Assembly: GCA_963754925.1 (NCBI GenBank)
Contig: CAVWHX010000004.1
Span: 544,001 to 608,000 of the forward strand
DNA length: 64,000 bases
Direction: 5' to 3'
From: an uncultured delta proteobacterium
Lineage (GTDB): Bacteria; Myxococcota; B64-G9
A program made the translations under genes and the position numbers. Below are positions 39,360-49,130 of this stretch, piece after piece; the stretch's first letter is position 1, and each line of letters begins with the position of its first letter. The notes beneath the pieces are model-generated. The model saw only the letters and a list, made by a program, of their open reading frames with translations, was not told where the DNA came from and ran no database searches.

Positions 39360-39449
39360 GGCAGATACCCCCTCGACACGAGGTTAGGGTAAACCCCACA
39401 ACCGTATCTAAAATCTTATCGCAATCGCCGGGATAAGACCAGAAACAAT

Positions 39450-39559
39450 CTCTAGTCCCCTGACGGGGATAAGAGACTGCCCACAGGATAAGAGACTGTA
39501 ACTCCCTTCGGTCGTAACAGTCTCTAATAACGCTCACTCCGTTCGCTAACAGTCTCTAA
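39450..39559 (-). repeat. TAGAG double-hairpin element with a second copy nested inside (39480..39527)
   Basis: GGATAAGAGACTG and CAGTCTCTAA each occur twice in nested order. Confidence 0.85.
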
Positions 39560-40587
39560 AAGAGTGTCGGCTGTTGGCCGCAGAACTTAAGCCCCAAGTG
39601 CTCATACGCTTGGCGTGTCGCCACTCGACCGCGCGGGGTGCGCTGCAACAAGCCCTCCTGAAGCAAAAAGGGCTCGTAGACATCCTCAAGCGTCTCGCTC
39701 TCTTCCGAAAGCGAAGCAGCAATGGCATCCACCCCGACCGGACCGCCGTCGAACTTCTCGATGATAGCGCGCAAGATGCGATGATCCATTCGGTCGAGAC
39801 CCAATCCATCCACTTCCAAGCGCGCCAGCGCATCCTGCGCTACCGTTAACGTCACCCGACCATCGGCAAGCACCTCGGCGAAGTCGCGCAGGCGGCGCAG
39901 CAGGCGGTTGGCGATGCGCGGGGTCCCGCGCGAACGTCGGGCGACTTCCAAAGCGGCATCTTCAGCCACCGCCACGTTCAGGATGCGCGCGGAACGTCTC
40001 AAGATTTGGGCAAGTTCTTCCGCGGGGTAGAATTCAAGTCGGCAGATCACCCCGAAACGGTCGCGCATCGGCGATGAGAGTAACGCCGTTCGGGTGGTCG
40101 CGCCTACCAGGGTAAAATGAGGGAGCTGCAGGCGCAGATTGCGTGCCGAGGGCCCTTCGCCGACCATATAATCAAAATGGAAGTCCTCCATGGCCGGGTA
40201 CAGGCTCTCTTCCACCACGCTGGGGAGGCGGTGAATCTCGTCGATGAACAAGACATCGCGGTTCTTGAGATTGGTCAGGATTCCGGCCAGATCGCCCTTG
40301 CGTTCAATCGCCGGACCCGATGTGGTTACAATGTCAACCTGAAGCTCGCGGGCGATCACGGTCGCCAGGGTGGTTTTACCCAGGCCGGGCGGCCCGCAGA
40401 AGAGCACATGGTCGAGCGCTTCTTCACGCTTGCGTGCAGCCTCGACGAACACCTTCAAATTGTCGGTGATCTTGCACTGGCCGACATATTCGGCGAAACA
40501 TTGCGGGCGTAGCGATTGCTCCAACGAGAGTTCGTCTGGCGTCGCTTCACTTGACAATGTGCGTACCTTATCTTTACGTGAAGCCAA
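39556..40587 (-). CDS. ruvB: Holliday junction helicase RuvB
   Basis: [41 protein letters not shown] and RTPRGR. Confidence 0.98.
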   Translation of the reverse strand: MASRKDKVRTLSSEATPDELSLEQSLRPQCFAEYVGQCKITDNLKVFVEAARKREEALDHVLFCGPPGLGKTTLATVIARELQVDIVTTSGPAIERKGDLAGILTNLKNRDVLFIDEIHRLPSVVEESLYPAMEDFHFDYMVGEGPSARNLRLQLPHFTLVGATTRTALLSSPMRDRFGVICRLEFYPAEELAQILRRSARILNVAVAEDAALEVARRSRGTPRIANRLLRRLRDFAEVLADGRVTLTVAQDALARLEVDGLGLDRMDHRILRAIIEKFDGGPVGVDAIAASLSEESETLEDVYEPFLLQEGLLQRTPRGRVATRQAYEHLGLKFCGQQPTLF

Positions 40588-40647
40588 TGTCTAATCCCTC
40601 ATAAGAAATTTTGGAGCCTTTAAGCTCACTATCTCTAACTGCCATTT

Positions 40648-40812
40648 CTCTAACCCCTGTCGCTTCGCTCCAGGGACAAGAGATTCTTGCCGAGCAACGC
40701 GAGGCTTAGAATCTCTTACCCCTTTAGGGGTAAAAGCCCATTGTACCAAATCTCTAATCCCCTTCGGGGATAAGAGCCTGTAACGCTCGCTTCGCTCGCT
40801 AACAGGCTCTAA
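40648..40812 (-). repeat. Two TAGAG double-hairpin elements (40648..40732 and 40752..40812)
   Basis: Stems AAGAGATTCT/AGAATCTCTT and AGAGCCTG/CAGGCTCT, each with CCCC-loop-GGG(G) hairpins. Confidence 0.85.
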
Positions 40813-41402
40813 CTCCTCAGCAGGCGCAAGGCCTGCGGCAGCAACTGTTCGAGATTCGCGCCGTCAAGCGCCTGGTGTTGCAGAGACGAAAGCGTGCGTT
40901 CGACTTCGAGGCCCTTGAATCCAAGATTCGTAAGCGCGCTGCGTAGGTCATCAAGCGTCGTGGTAACGGCGCCGTCCGGTCCTTCGGAAGCCCGGGCAAG
41001 CGGCACGAGACGATCTTTGAGTTCGAGAATCATCCGCTCGGCTTTTTTCTTACCCACCCCGGGAACCAGGCAGAGCCGGCCGACATCACCGGCACACACC
41101 GCTCCGGCCAGTTCGCGTGGTGCGATCCCGGAGAGCACCTGCAGCGCGGCCCGCGGGCCAAAACCGCTCATGCCGATCAAGGCCTCAAAGGCTGTTCGTT
41201 CATCGTGATCGAGAAAACCGAATAACTGGAGGGCATCCTCGCGGACATGGGTATGGATCCCAAGCGCTATGCGCTCGCCGATGTTCGGCATCCCCTCGAG
41301 CGCCAGGGCTGACATAAACACGCGGTAGCCGACCCCGGCGACATCGAGCACCACATAGTCGGCCGCCCTGCTACATACAATTCCTTCGAGCCGCGCTATC
41401 AT
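40809..41402 (-). CDS. ruvA: Holliday junction binding protein RuvA
   Basis: MIARLEG, DVAGVGY, HVREDALQLFGF, GFGPRAAL and PGVGKKKAERMILEL. Confidence 0.96.
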   Translation of the reverse strand: MIARLEGIVCSRAADYVVLDVAGVGYRVFMSALALEGMPNIGERIALGIHTHVREDALQLFGFLDHDERTAFEALIGMSGFGPRAALQVLSGIAPRELAGAVCAGDVGRLCLVPGVGKKKAERMILELKDRLVPLARASEGPDGAVTTTLDDLRSALTNLGFKGLEVERTLSSLQHQALDGANLEQLLPQALRLLRS

Positions 41403-41895
41403 TACGCCCCTTTTGCAAGACGATGCGAGCCTGAGCAGTACTGTCGTATAGATGGCATACGGCCACCGCCAACGCGTCCGACGCGTCGAGCTCGGCCGGA
41501 AGCTCACCAAAAATGCCTCGAAGCACCGATTGAACCTGCACTTTCTCAGCGGCGCCGTAACCGGTTATTGCCTGTTTGATCCGCCGGCTCGGATACTCGT
41601 GCACCGGAATATTCGCCCGGCCTGCAGCCAACAGAATCACCCCGCGCGCATGGCCGAGCACCAACGCACTGTGGGCGTTAACGCCGGTGAAAACCTCTTC
41701 GACCGCGATTTCTTCAGGTTGGTTCGCATCAATGACTTTTTCCAAGGAATTAAAAAGCCGCGCTAACCGCATCGATAACGGCCCCCGACCCGGCCGGATG
41801 ACACCGCTCACTATCATGCTGGGCTTTTGTCCGCGGCCTTCCACCACACCGTAACCGGTGCAGGTTGAGCCAGGATCAATGCCCAAAATACGCAC
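41371..41895 (-). CDS. ruvC: Holliday junction resolvase RuvC
   Basis: RILGIDPG, AVEEVF, LGHARG, GYGAAEK and DASDALAVA. Confidence 0.96.
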   Translation of the reverse strand: MRILGIDPGSTCTGYGVVEGRGQKPSMIVSGVIRPGRGPLSMRLARLFNSLEKVIDANQPEEIAVEEVFTGVNAHSALVLGHARGVILLAAGRANIPVHEYPSRRIKQAITGYGAAEKVQVQSVLRGIFGELPAELDASDALAVAVCHLYDSTAQARIVLQKGRNDSAARRNCM

Positions 41896-41960
41896 GGAGC
41901 CCTCCTCAATCCGTTACCGAACCCAACCTATTGCAACGGGGCCGCCTCGCGAACTACTGG

Positions 41961-42704
41961 CTAACCGGCCGGCATGTCTGCCGGATCGATATCAAAGTTG
42001 GCGTAGACGTTTTGAACATCGTCGTGATCCTCAAGCTCGCTGGCGAGCCGCAACACCTGCTCGGCTTCCTTGCCGGTCACCTTGACCGTATTCTGTGGGA
42101 TTTTATCGAGTTTAGCTGACTCGATCTTCAGGCCCGCCTTTTCCAACTTTTCTTTAACCGCTTGCAGTTTGTTCGGCTCGCAGGTTACCTGGAAGTTTTC
42201 TTCTTCCTCCTGGATATCGTCGGCGCCAGCATCTAAAGCGATGTCCATTAGCTTATCTTCGGTCAGGCCCGCCTTGGAGAGTAGTATCAACCCCTTGGCG
42301 ACGAACATCCAACCTACGCAACCAACCTCGCCAAGATTGCCGCCACATCGAGAGAACATCTTGCGGAATTCGCCCGTCGTGCGGTTTTTATTGTCGGTGA
42401 TTACCTCCACCAGGATGGCCACGCCACCTGGTCCATAACCCTCGTACGTGCCTTCTTCGTATGAAACCCCTTCGAGCTCTCCGGTCCCCTTTTTGATGGC
42501 GCGATCGATGTTGGTCGCCGGCATATTGTTGGCCTTGGCTTCAGTAACAGCGGCCCGTAAGCGTGGATTGCCATCCACACTGCCGCCACCGGAACGCGCC
42601 GCGATACTAATTTCCTTGATGAGGCGGGTGAAGATCCGACCGCGCTTCGCGTCGGCGGCACCCTTCTTGTGCTTGATCGTTGCCCACTTTGAATGCCCGG
42701 ACAT
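41961..42704 (-). CDS. yebC: YebC/PmpR family protein
   Basis: [23 protein letters not shown] and DDVQNVYAN. Confidence 0.97.
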   Translation of the reverse strand: MSGHSKWATIKHKKGAADAKRGRIFTRLIKEISIAARSGGGSVDGNPRLRAAVTEAKANNMPATNIDRAIKKGTGELEGVSYEEGTYEGYGPGGVAILVEVITDNKNRTTGEFRKMFSRCGGNLGEVGCVGWMFVAKGLILLSKAGLTEDKLMDIALDAGADDIQEEEENFQVTCEPNKLQAVKEKLEKAGLKIESAKLDKIPQNTVKVTGKEAEQVLRLASELEDHDDVQNVYANFDIDPADMPAG

Positions 42705-42937
42705 GCGACCTCCTTAATCATCAACCTTTCAGATACCGATATCGCAGCGTACCCTGTATCGATCGTTACTCAACGGATTGTTCGGTTATCATACTTCTTT
42801 TTGGATTTCAAGTGGATCTTCCAGGTCTTGCACTTTCAGAGGCTTCCTGTCATATATAAAGCCAAACTGGTGACCGGTATTCGTTCGCACGTTACGTTAT
42901 TTCAGTACCATGCTATGAGGACCGTTGAGGTGATTCA

Positions 42938-45202
42938 TTGAGTCAGATCGATCTCAGTCGTCTGCGGGCACAAACGGATCAAACTCGTCAAGCGGCGCAA
43001 GAAATCGGGCAACGGCTAACCAACGAGTGTATTCATTTGTGCAGCATGGTTAACTGTGGCGCCGAGGATCCCCTGTTAAGCACGCTGCTTAGCGGTCCGC
43101 TCGCCGAACTGGTGCGCAAAACCGGCTGGAACTCCCTGATCATCAATCCAGGCTCTACCTCAACCAAGGTGGCGGTATATAACGGCCTGAATCTTCATGC
43201 CAAAGCCGAGGTGCCGCTTGCGGCCGGCGGTCCCGATGGCATCGAGGAGCGGGTCGCCACCATCACGAACTGGTTTAGGGAAAACGGCTTGGTATTCGCC
43301 GAGCTCAGCGGGATTGCGGCGCGCGGCGGTTTTGTTGCGCCGGTGCCGAGCGGGACCTACCGCGTCACAAAACGCATGGTTGAAGATCTCGGCAGGGCTT
43401 ATTACCAACATGCCTCCAACATGGCCGTGCCCATTGCGCTGCGCCTTGGTGAATTAGTTAGTAAAGAGGTGACCATTACCGTCACTGACCCGGTCACCGT
43501 CGATGAGCTGGCCACGGTGTACCGCATCACGGGTTCGCCGGCTATCCGCAATGATGGTGTGGCGGTCCACTACCTCAACCATCGCGCAGTAGCCGCGCTG
43601 GCCGCGCATATCCTGGGAGTCGAGCCGGATAGGCTGCACCTGGTCACCGCTCATCTGGGTGGCGGGATGTCGGCTGTCCGCCATTCCGACGGACGGATGC
43701 TGCAGGTCTCCGCCGCCTTCGGCGGTATGCCTTCGGCCAATCGTTCAGGAGCATTGCCGCTGCACCAGGTCATCCGACTCATGGAGCAGAAAGAATACAC
43801 CCTCGATGCTCTGAAACGCGACGTGATGTCATCGGGAGGTCTGCTCGGCCTGGCGGGCACCACCGATTTCAAGGCTCTTTTTGCATTTCGCAGCCAGCGT
43901 GCAACCAACCAACAACGTCAAAAGATCGACCTATTGATCGAGTTTTACGCTAACCGAGTGGCAGGCGCGATCGCCGAGGTGTCGGCCGCCCCGCGGCCGT
44001 TGGATCTGGTGCTGCTTACCGGTGGTTTAGCGCATGATGAACATTTTTGCCAGATGGTCGCCGACCGGATTATGCAGCCGGTTCCGGTCGTGCGATTGCC
44101 CGGTTCGGTGGAGCAGCAAGCTCTCGCTGCCGGGCTGCTGCGCGCCTGCGCCGATCCCGGAAGCTTAGAAGATTATTCCCGAGCACGCGATACTCTTGCC
44201 GCGTTCCGCCACGAGGAAGACCTGGTGTTGGCGGTTTCGATCTTCACCTCGCCGCCTATCAAACCAGTCGATCCCATGCCGACCCGCCTCGACGAGATCG
44301 TCAAACGGGCTGCTGCCAGCGGACCGCCGCCCGTCATCGCACTGGTCGGGGCGGACAACGAGGAGGCCTTGCTCGCGGCGCGGCTCGCCAACATCGAGGA
44401 CCAACCGCCGCTGGTTCGTTTTCTGCTCCTGGGCCCATATGGTCGCGTTTCCCAGCTCGCCTGGGAACTGGATGTTTCAATCGATGGCGAGAATTACATT
44501 TTGGTGGATACCGCCGATCCAGCCGCCACGGCAGTCGAGCTCCTCAAGAACGGCCTCGCCGATACCCTGATGAAGGGCAACCTCCACACCGCCCAGTTGC
44601 TGAAGGCGTATCTGACATTTCTCAAAGGCCTTGGCAGCGCCAAGACACGGCTCAGCCACCTCGGCCTCTTTGAGATTCCCGGCCGACCTAAGTTGGTGTG
44701 TCTCACCGACGCCGCGATGAACACCTACCCAGATGTGGAGGCCCGTATCGAGATCCTTGAAAACGCCTTGTTAGCGCTGCGGCACCTTGGCTATCAGTGT
44801 CCCAAGGTCGCGGTCATTTCGGCGGTCGAGAAAGCTTCTCTGGCAGTCAGTTCATCCATGGATGCCAAGGAAATCGCCGACCACCTCAAGGATCGCTTTG
44901 ATCTGATCATCGAGGGGCCGCTGTCGGTGGATATCGCCCTCTCACCAGAATCAGCCAAGGAAAAATCGTACCCGGGTAGGATCCAGGGTGACGCCGACGT
45001 GTTGCTGGTGCCGAACATTGACACCGGCAATGCTATCTACAAAGCCTTCACGGTGACCTCGGGCGCTGCGACCGCCGGGACCATTATCGGCGGTCCCTGT
45101 CCGCTGATTCTCACGTCGCGCGGGGACAGCTCGCGCAGCAAACTGGCCTCTATAGCTTTGGCGGTATTGCTCATCAAGAAGATGAAAGGCGGCGTGGCAT
45201 GA
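42938..45202 (+). CDS. Butyrate kinase - phosphate butyryltransferase (Buk-Ptb) fusion
   Basis: Buk: IINPGSTSTK, ARGG, HASN, DPVTVDEL, HLGGG, LTGGLA. Ptb: LMKG, TDAAMN, SAVEK, EGPLSVD, PNIDTGN, LTSRGDS. One continuous ORF. Confidence 0.88.
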   Translation: MSQIDLSRLRAQTDQTRQAAQEIGQRLTNECIHLCSMVNCGAEDPLLSTLLSGPLAELVRKTGWNSLIINPGSTSTKVAVYNGLNLHAKAEVPLAAGGPDGIEERVATITNWFRENGLVFAELSGIAARGGFVAPVPSGTYRVTKRMVEDLGRAYYQHASNMAVPIALRLGELVSKEVTITVTDPVTVDELATVYRITGSPAIRNDGVAVHYLNHRAVAALAAHILGVEPDRLHLVTAHLGGGMSAVRHSDGRMLQVSAAFGGMPSANRSGALPLHQVIRLMEQKEYTLDALKRDVMSSGGLLGLAGTTDFKALFAFRSQRATNQQRQKIDLLIEFYANRVAGAIAEVSAAPRPLDLVLLTGGLAHDEHFCQMVADRIMQPVPVVRLPGSVEQQALAAGLLRACADPGSLEDYSRARDTLAAFRHEEDLVLAVSIFTSPPIKPVDPMPTRLDEIVKRAAASGPPPVIALVGADNEEALLAARLANIEDQPPLVRFLLLGPYGRVSQLAWELDVSIDGENYILVDTADPAATAVELLKNGLADTLMKGNLHTAQLLKAYLTFLKGLGSAKTRLSHLGLFEIPGRPKLVCLTDAAMNTYPDVEARIEILENALLALRHLGYQCPKVAVISAVEKASLAVSSSMDAKEIADHLKDRFDLIIEGPLSVDIALSPESAKEKSYPGRIQGDADVLLVPNIDTGNAIYKAFTVTSGAATAGTIIGGPCPLILTSRGDSSRSKLASIALAVLLIKKMKGGVA

Positions 45203-47013
45203 CTAATCGTGATCAGCTGTTGGGGCTATCAAGCCTGGCCCCGCCCCCCGGCTTGCGCAAGGCGGGCCACTTTCAGAGTGTTGAAGAGTACGATGCGTTT
45301 TTACGGCAGACCTATCTCAATCCGGATGACTATTGGCATACGGTAGCTAAGGAGATCACCTGGATTAAGCAACCGCACGGGCTGGGCGGCCCCGGTAATT
45401 GGTTTCCCGACGGACAGCTCAACCTCTGCGATAATTGCCTCGATGTGCCGCTCACGCGCGGGCTTGCAAGTACCCTGCTGGAGGTAACCTGGGAAGACGC
45501 ATCAACAGATTATCCAACCTGGCCACTATCGAAAATCCAGAATGGCGTCGCACGACTTTGCGCCGAGCTTGGCTCGTTCAATCTGCCGGCGGGAGATCGG
45601 GTTTTGCTGGCCCTTTCCCCCGGGTTGGAACTGGTCCTCGCAACGCTGGCTAGCCTGCGGTTGGGGCTTGTCTGTGTGCCCTTCGATCCGGCAGTCGGTC
45701 CGACGAGGCTGGCTCGCCGGGCGACGGCGGCACACTGCCGGGCGATCGTCATGAGCGGAAGCTCGATCGGCGTTAACGAAATCATACAGGAGTCGAAAAC
45801 CTGGGATGCGCTCCACCGATTGGTGCTCGAGCCAGGGTGGGATAATGGGCCACCGTGCGCGTTACCACAACCGGTGCCGGTCCCCGCCATGCACCCCAGT
45901 TTTCTGCTTGCCGACTCGGCCGGTACCCTGTATGCATTACCGTCAGCGGGTTTTTTGATCCAGGCGCTGTCGGCCTGCCGTGCCGTTCTGGATAATCGAG
46001 GCAGCGACGACCGGTATTGGCTTCAAACGCCGGCCCATTACACCTGTTTGCAGGCTTCTGTGCTCGGCTTATTGTCGTGCGGTAGTACGGTGGCGCTGGC
46101 TTCAGCATTGGCCACGCCAACACCTGATGAACTACTCAAGGCTCTGTCAATCGTACGTCCGCGGGTAGCACTCATTCAAGCGCGGGATCTACAACGGATG
46201 CTCAAACCCTATCAGACCAGTGAACGAACCTATCGTCAGCCAGGACCCGAACTCTTCATATTGGAAGGCGAGACCGTCGAGCCGAGCTTTTATCGGTATC
46301 TCCGTACGGTGGTTTTTGACGGCAACACCCATATAGTGCAGGTCCTTTCGCGGGTAGAAGGCGGCGGCTATCTGGCTGGACCGTGCCCAACGGTTACGCC
46401 GGTCCGGCCCGCCTCAGTATCGTTGCCCCTGCCGGGGATAGACCTTACGGTGGTTGACGATCACGACGAGGAGTGCCACGTTAACCATGGTGGTTTCTTG
46501 GCGTTGCGACAGATGACACCGGGAATACCCCTCGAATTACAGCGAACAAAGCTCCCCGTGCGTCTGGGCGTGCGCTGTCGTCGCGATGCGGCGGGTTACC
46601 TGTGGACCATGGGCGAGGCACCTATCGAACGACCCGAGGGCCAAACGGTGACCGCCTCCGAACTTGAAGCCGTGATTGCGAACCTTTCGGGGGTTGAACA
46701 GGTGGTGGTGGTCCGCTATGAAGATACGCAGGGTGTCTGGCGCACGCATGCGTTTATTAAACTTGTCGAGGGAGAAGCGGCACTTGCCAGAATCAAGCAG
46801 GAGCTTGCACAGAAAGTGGGTGCAGAATCTGTCCCGGAGAGTTTTCAGGTGGTCAGCCAGCTGCCCTATAGTCGCAGCGGAAAATTACTCCGTAGTGTGT
46901 TGCGGCGGATTGCGCTGGGGGAGATCGATGGACTGAGCGATTTGGAGGCGGTGACGGATCCCGAACTAGTGCAGAATCTGATCTCAAGCGTGAAGCGAAA
47001 CGCTTCCCAATAG
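45199..47013 (+). CDS. Acetyl-CoA synthetase-like protein with degenerate adenylation motifs
   Basis: Acs-type N-terminus (PDDYW..AKEITW..WFPDGQLN..NCLD) and C-terminus (LPYSRSGKLLR..LR) are present, but there is no YTSG(S/T)TG.PKG P-loop. Confidence 0.75.
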   Translation: MTNRDQLLGLSSLAPPPGLRKAGHFQSVEEYDAFLRQTYLNPDDYWHTVAKEITWIKQPHGLGGPGNWFPDGQLNLCDNCLDVPLTRGLASTLLEVTWEDASTDYPTWPLSKIQNGVARLCAELGSFNLPAGDRVLLALSPGLELVLATLASLRLGLVCVPFDPAVGPTRLARRATAAHCRAIVMSGSSIGVNEIIQESKTWDALHRLVLEPGWDNGPPCALPQPVPVPAMHPSFLLADSAGTLYALPSAGFLIQALSACRAVLDNRGSDDRYWLQTPAHYTCLQASVLGLLSCGSTVALASALATPTPDELLKALSIVRPRVALIQARDLQRMLKPYQTSERTYRQPGPELFILEGETVEPSFYRYLRTVVFDGNTHIVQVLSRVEGGGYLAGPCPTVTPVRPASVSLPLPGIDLTVVDDHDEECHVNHGGFLALRQMTPGIPLELQRTKLPVRLGVRCRRDAAGYLWTMGEAPIERPEGQTVTASELEAVIANLSGVEQVVVVRYEDTQGVWRTHAFIKLVEGEAALARIKQELAQKVGAESVPESFQVVSQLPYSRSGKLLRSVLRRIALGEIDGLSDLEAVTDPELVQNLISSVKRNASQ

Positions 47014-47015
47014 GT

Positions 47016-49130
47016 ATGAGCGACATGAAACTCCAGACATTACTAGCCCCACAATCCATCGCGCTCTTCGGCGCCACCTCGAAACCCGAGCTGCGAGGCC
47101 AGTTGGTCGCCTCCAATCTTATCTCCGGTGGTTTTACTGGAGAGTTGGTTTTGGTCGACAACGCCGGTGGCACCTTGCAAGGCCGACCGATATACACCGA
47201 CGTACAGTCTTACACGGGTCAAGTCGATCTGGCCGTGATCGCCAGCACCAGCCAAGTCGTCCTTGATGCGCTGAATCAGGCTCTGTCGGTGAGAGCCAAG
47301 AGCATCGTCGTGATGAGTGCGGGTTTTAAAGGAGTCGATTCACCAATTATGGCGCAGGCCACCGAGATGGCGAATCTCTGTCGAAACCGCGGCTCGCGAC
47401 TGCTCGGCCCGGCCAGCCTGGGCCTGATCAATACTCATCATAAGCTCCATGCCATGTTCACCCGCCACAAACCGCGGCCGGGAGTTATTTCAGTTTTATC
47501 GCAGTCCGGCGCCGTATGCGAGGTGATCATTGATTGGGCCAATGCAAGCGGCGTTGGGTTGGCGAATGTGGTGAGCTTGGGCCACCAACTCGATCTCAAT
47601 GAAAACGATCTCCTGGCTGCCTTGGGAGAAGATGAGCAAACCAAGGTGGTGGTGGCCTACCTGGAGAGCATTGAGTCGGGCGATGCGTTCATCAAGGCAG
47701 CCGAAGCGGTTACGGCGGTAAAACCGGTCATCTGCTTCAAGGCCGGCAACAGTCCGGCTGGCGCCAAGAGCGCGCGACAGCATCTCGGTGTAAAACCGGG
47801 TATGGCGATGGCTTACGGCGCCGCCTTCAAACGCGCCGGGGTGATCCGGGCCGAGTCTCTCCAGTCGATGCTCGACTACGCAATCGCCCTGGCCCAGCAA
47901 CCACTGCCGCGGGGAGAGCGCATTGCACTCATCAGCAACGCCGATGGCCCGTCGATCATCGCCAGTGATAGCCTTGAACAGGCTTCGCTCCAGCTGGCAA
48001 CGTTCGATCCCGACAGCATCAACGCCCTCAGCACCCAGCTGCCAGGCGTCAGCATCGAGAACCCGGTCGATTTGCAGGGCGCGGACGAGCCGTCCCACTA
48101 CGCCCGCGTACTCGAGCTCGCGCTTCAGGACAAAAACGTGGATGCGGCACTGGTGTTGGTGACGCCCCAGGTGCCAACCCGTCCGATGGAAATAGCCCAA
48201 GCGCTGGTCAAGGCCGAAAACTCGGGGAAACCGGTTTTGACTTCATTTGTTGGCGGTACGGAGGTTTCAGGAGCGCGCGAAATCCTCTTCGGTTCCGACC
48301 TGCCCGATTATCCAACCCCGGCGCGGGCAGTAGCGACCTTGAAAGCTCTGTGCGAGCATGCCGCATGGAAACGCCGCCCACCCCGGGTCCTGGCCCGTTT
48401 CCTGGTCAACCGCCGTCGGGTCGAACGCATTATCCGGCGATTTAGTCGGCAACAACAGCCCCAGGTGGAAGAACATGCCACCAAGGATATGTTAAGAGCG
48501 TACGGGTTCGCGGTTCCGACGGGTTACCTGGCCCTCGACCCGCGCGAGGCGGTTGAGACGGCCGAGCGGATCGGCTTTCCAGTGGCAATGAAAGTGGCAT
48601 CGCCGGACATCCGCCACAAGGCGGCTGTCGGTGGAGTGCGCTTGAACATCACCACCCCCGAGGAGGTGCGCGACGCCTTCGATCTAATCATGATTCGCAT
48701 TCGCCGGATGGCTCCCACGGCGCATCCTGACGGCGTCTATATCGAAAAAATGTGCCGAACGGGGCGCGAGGTGATTTTGGGAATGCACCGCGATGCGCAG
48801 TTTGGGCCGATGCTGATGTTCGGCCTCGGCGGCGTCTTCGTCGAGGTCATGAAGGATGTGGCCTTCTATCTCGCGCCGATCACGGCTGATGAAGCCATGC
48901 AGATGCTGATGAACACCCGCTCCTTTGCTCTCCTGACCGGATCGAGCGGCCAGGCGGGGGTGGATTTGGCGGGTATCGCCGATGCGCTCCAGCGCATCAG
49001 TCAGTTGGTTACCGATTTTCCTCAGATAGCCGAACTCGAGATCAGCCCGCTCATCGTTGGTGAGTTGGGGACCGAGCCAATGGTGGCCGGCGCGCATGTT
49101 ACCCTAACCGGAGAGGGTAAACTATCATGA
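47016..49130 (+). CDS. NDP-forming acyl-CoA synthetase (AcdAB) / Pat-like protein with ATP-grasp
   Basis: PQSIALFGA, LLGPASLG, SQSGA, YLESI, NPVDL, GFPVAMKVASPDI.HK..VGGV and FGPMLMFGLGG. Confidence 0.85.
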   Translation: MSDMKLQTLLAPQSIALFGATSKPELRGQLVASNLISGGFTGELVLVDNAGGTLQGRPIYTDVQSYTGQVDLAVIASTSQVVLDALNQALSVRAKSIVVMSAGFKGVDSPIMAQATEMANLCRNRGSRLLGPASLGLINTHHKLHAMFTRHKPRPGVISVLSQSGAVCEVIIDWANASGVGLANVVSLGHQLDLNENDLLAALGEDEQTKVVVAYLESIESGDAFIKAAEAVTAVKPVICFKAGNSPAGAKSARQHLGVKPGMAMAYGAAFKRAGVIRAESLQSMLDYAIALAQQPLPRGERIALISNADGPSIIASDSLEQASLQLATFDPDSINALSTQLPGVSIENPVDLQGADEPSHYARVLELALQDKNVDAALVLVTPQVPTRPMEIAQALVKAENSGKPVLTSFVGGTEVSGAREILFGSDLPDYPTPARAVATLKALCEHAAWKRRPPRVLARFLVNRRRVERIIRRFSRQQQPQVEEHATKDMLRAYGFAVPTGYLALDPREAVETAERIGFPVAMKVASPDIRHKAAVGGVRLNITTPEEVRDAFDLIMIRIRRMAPTAHPDGVYIEKMCRTGREVILGMHRDAQFGPMLMFGLGGVFVEVMKDVAFYLAPITADEAMQMLMNTRSFALLTGSSGQAGVDLAGIADALQRISQLVTDFPQIAELEISPLIVGELGTEPMVAGAHVTLTGEGKLS

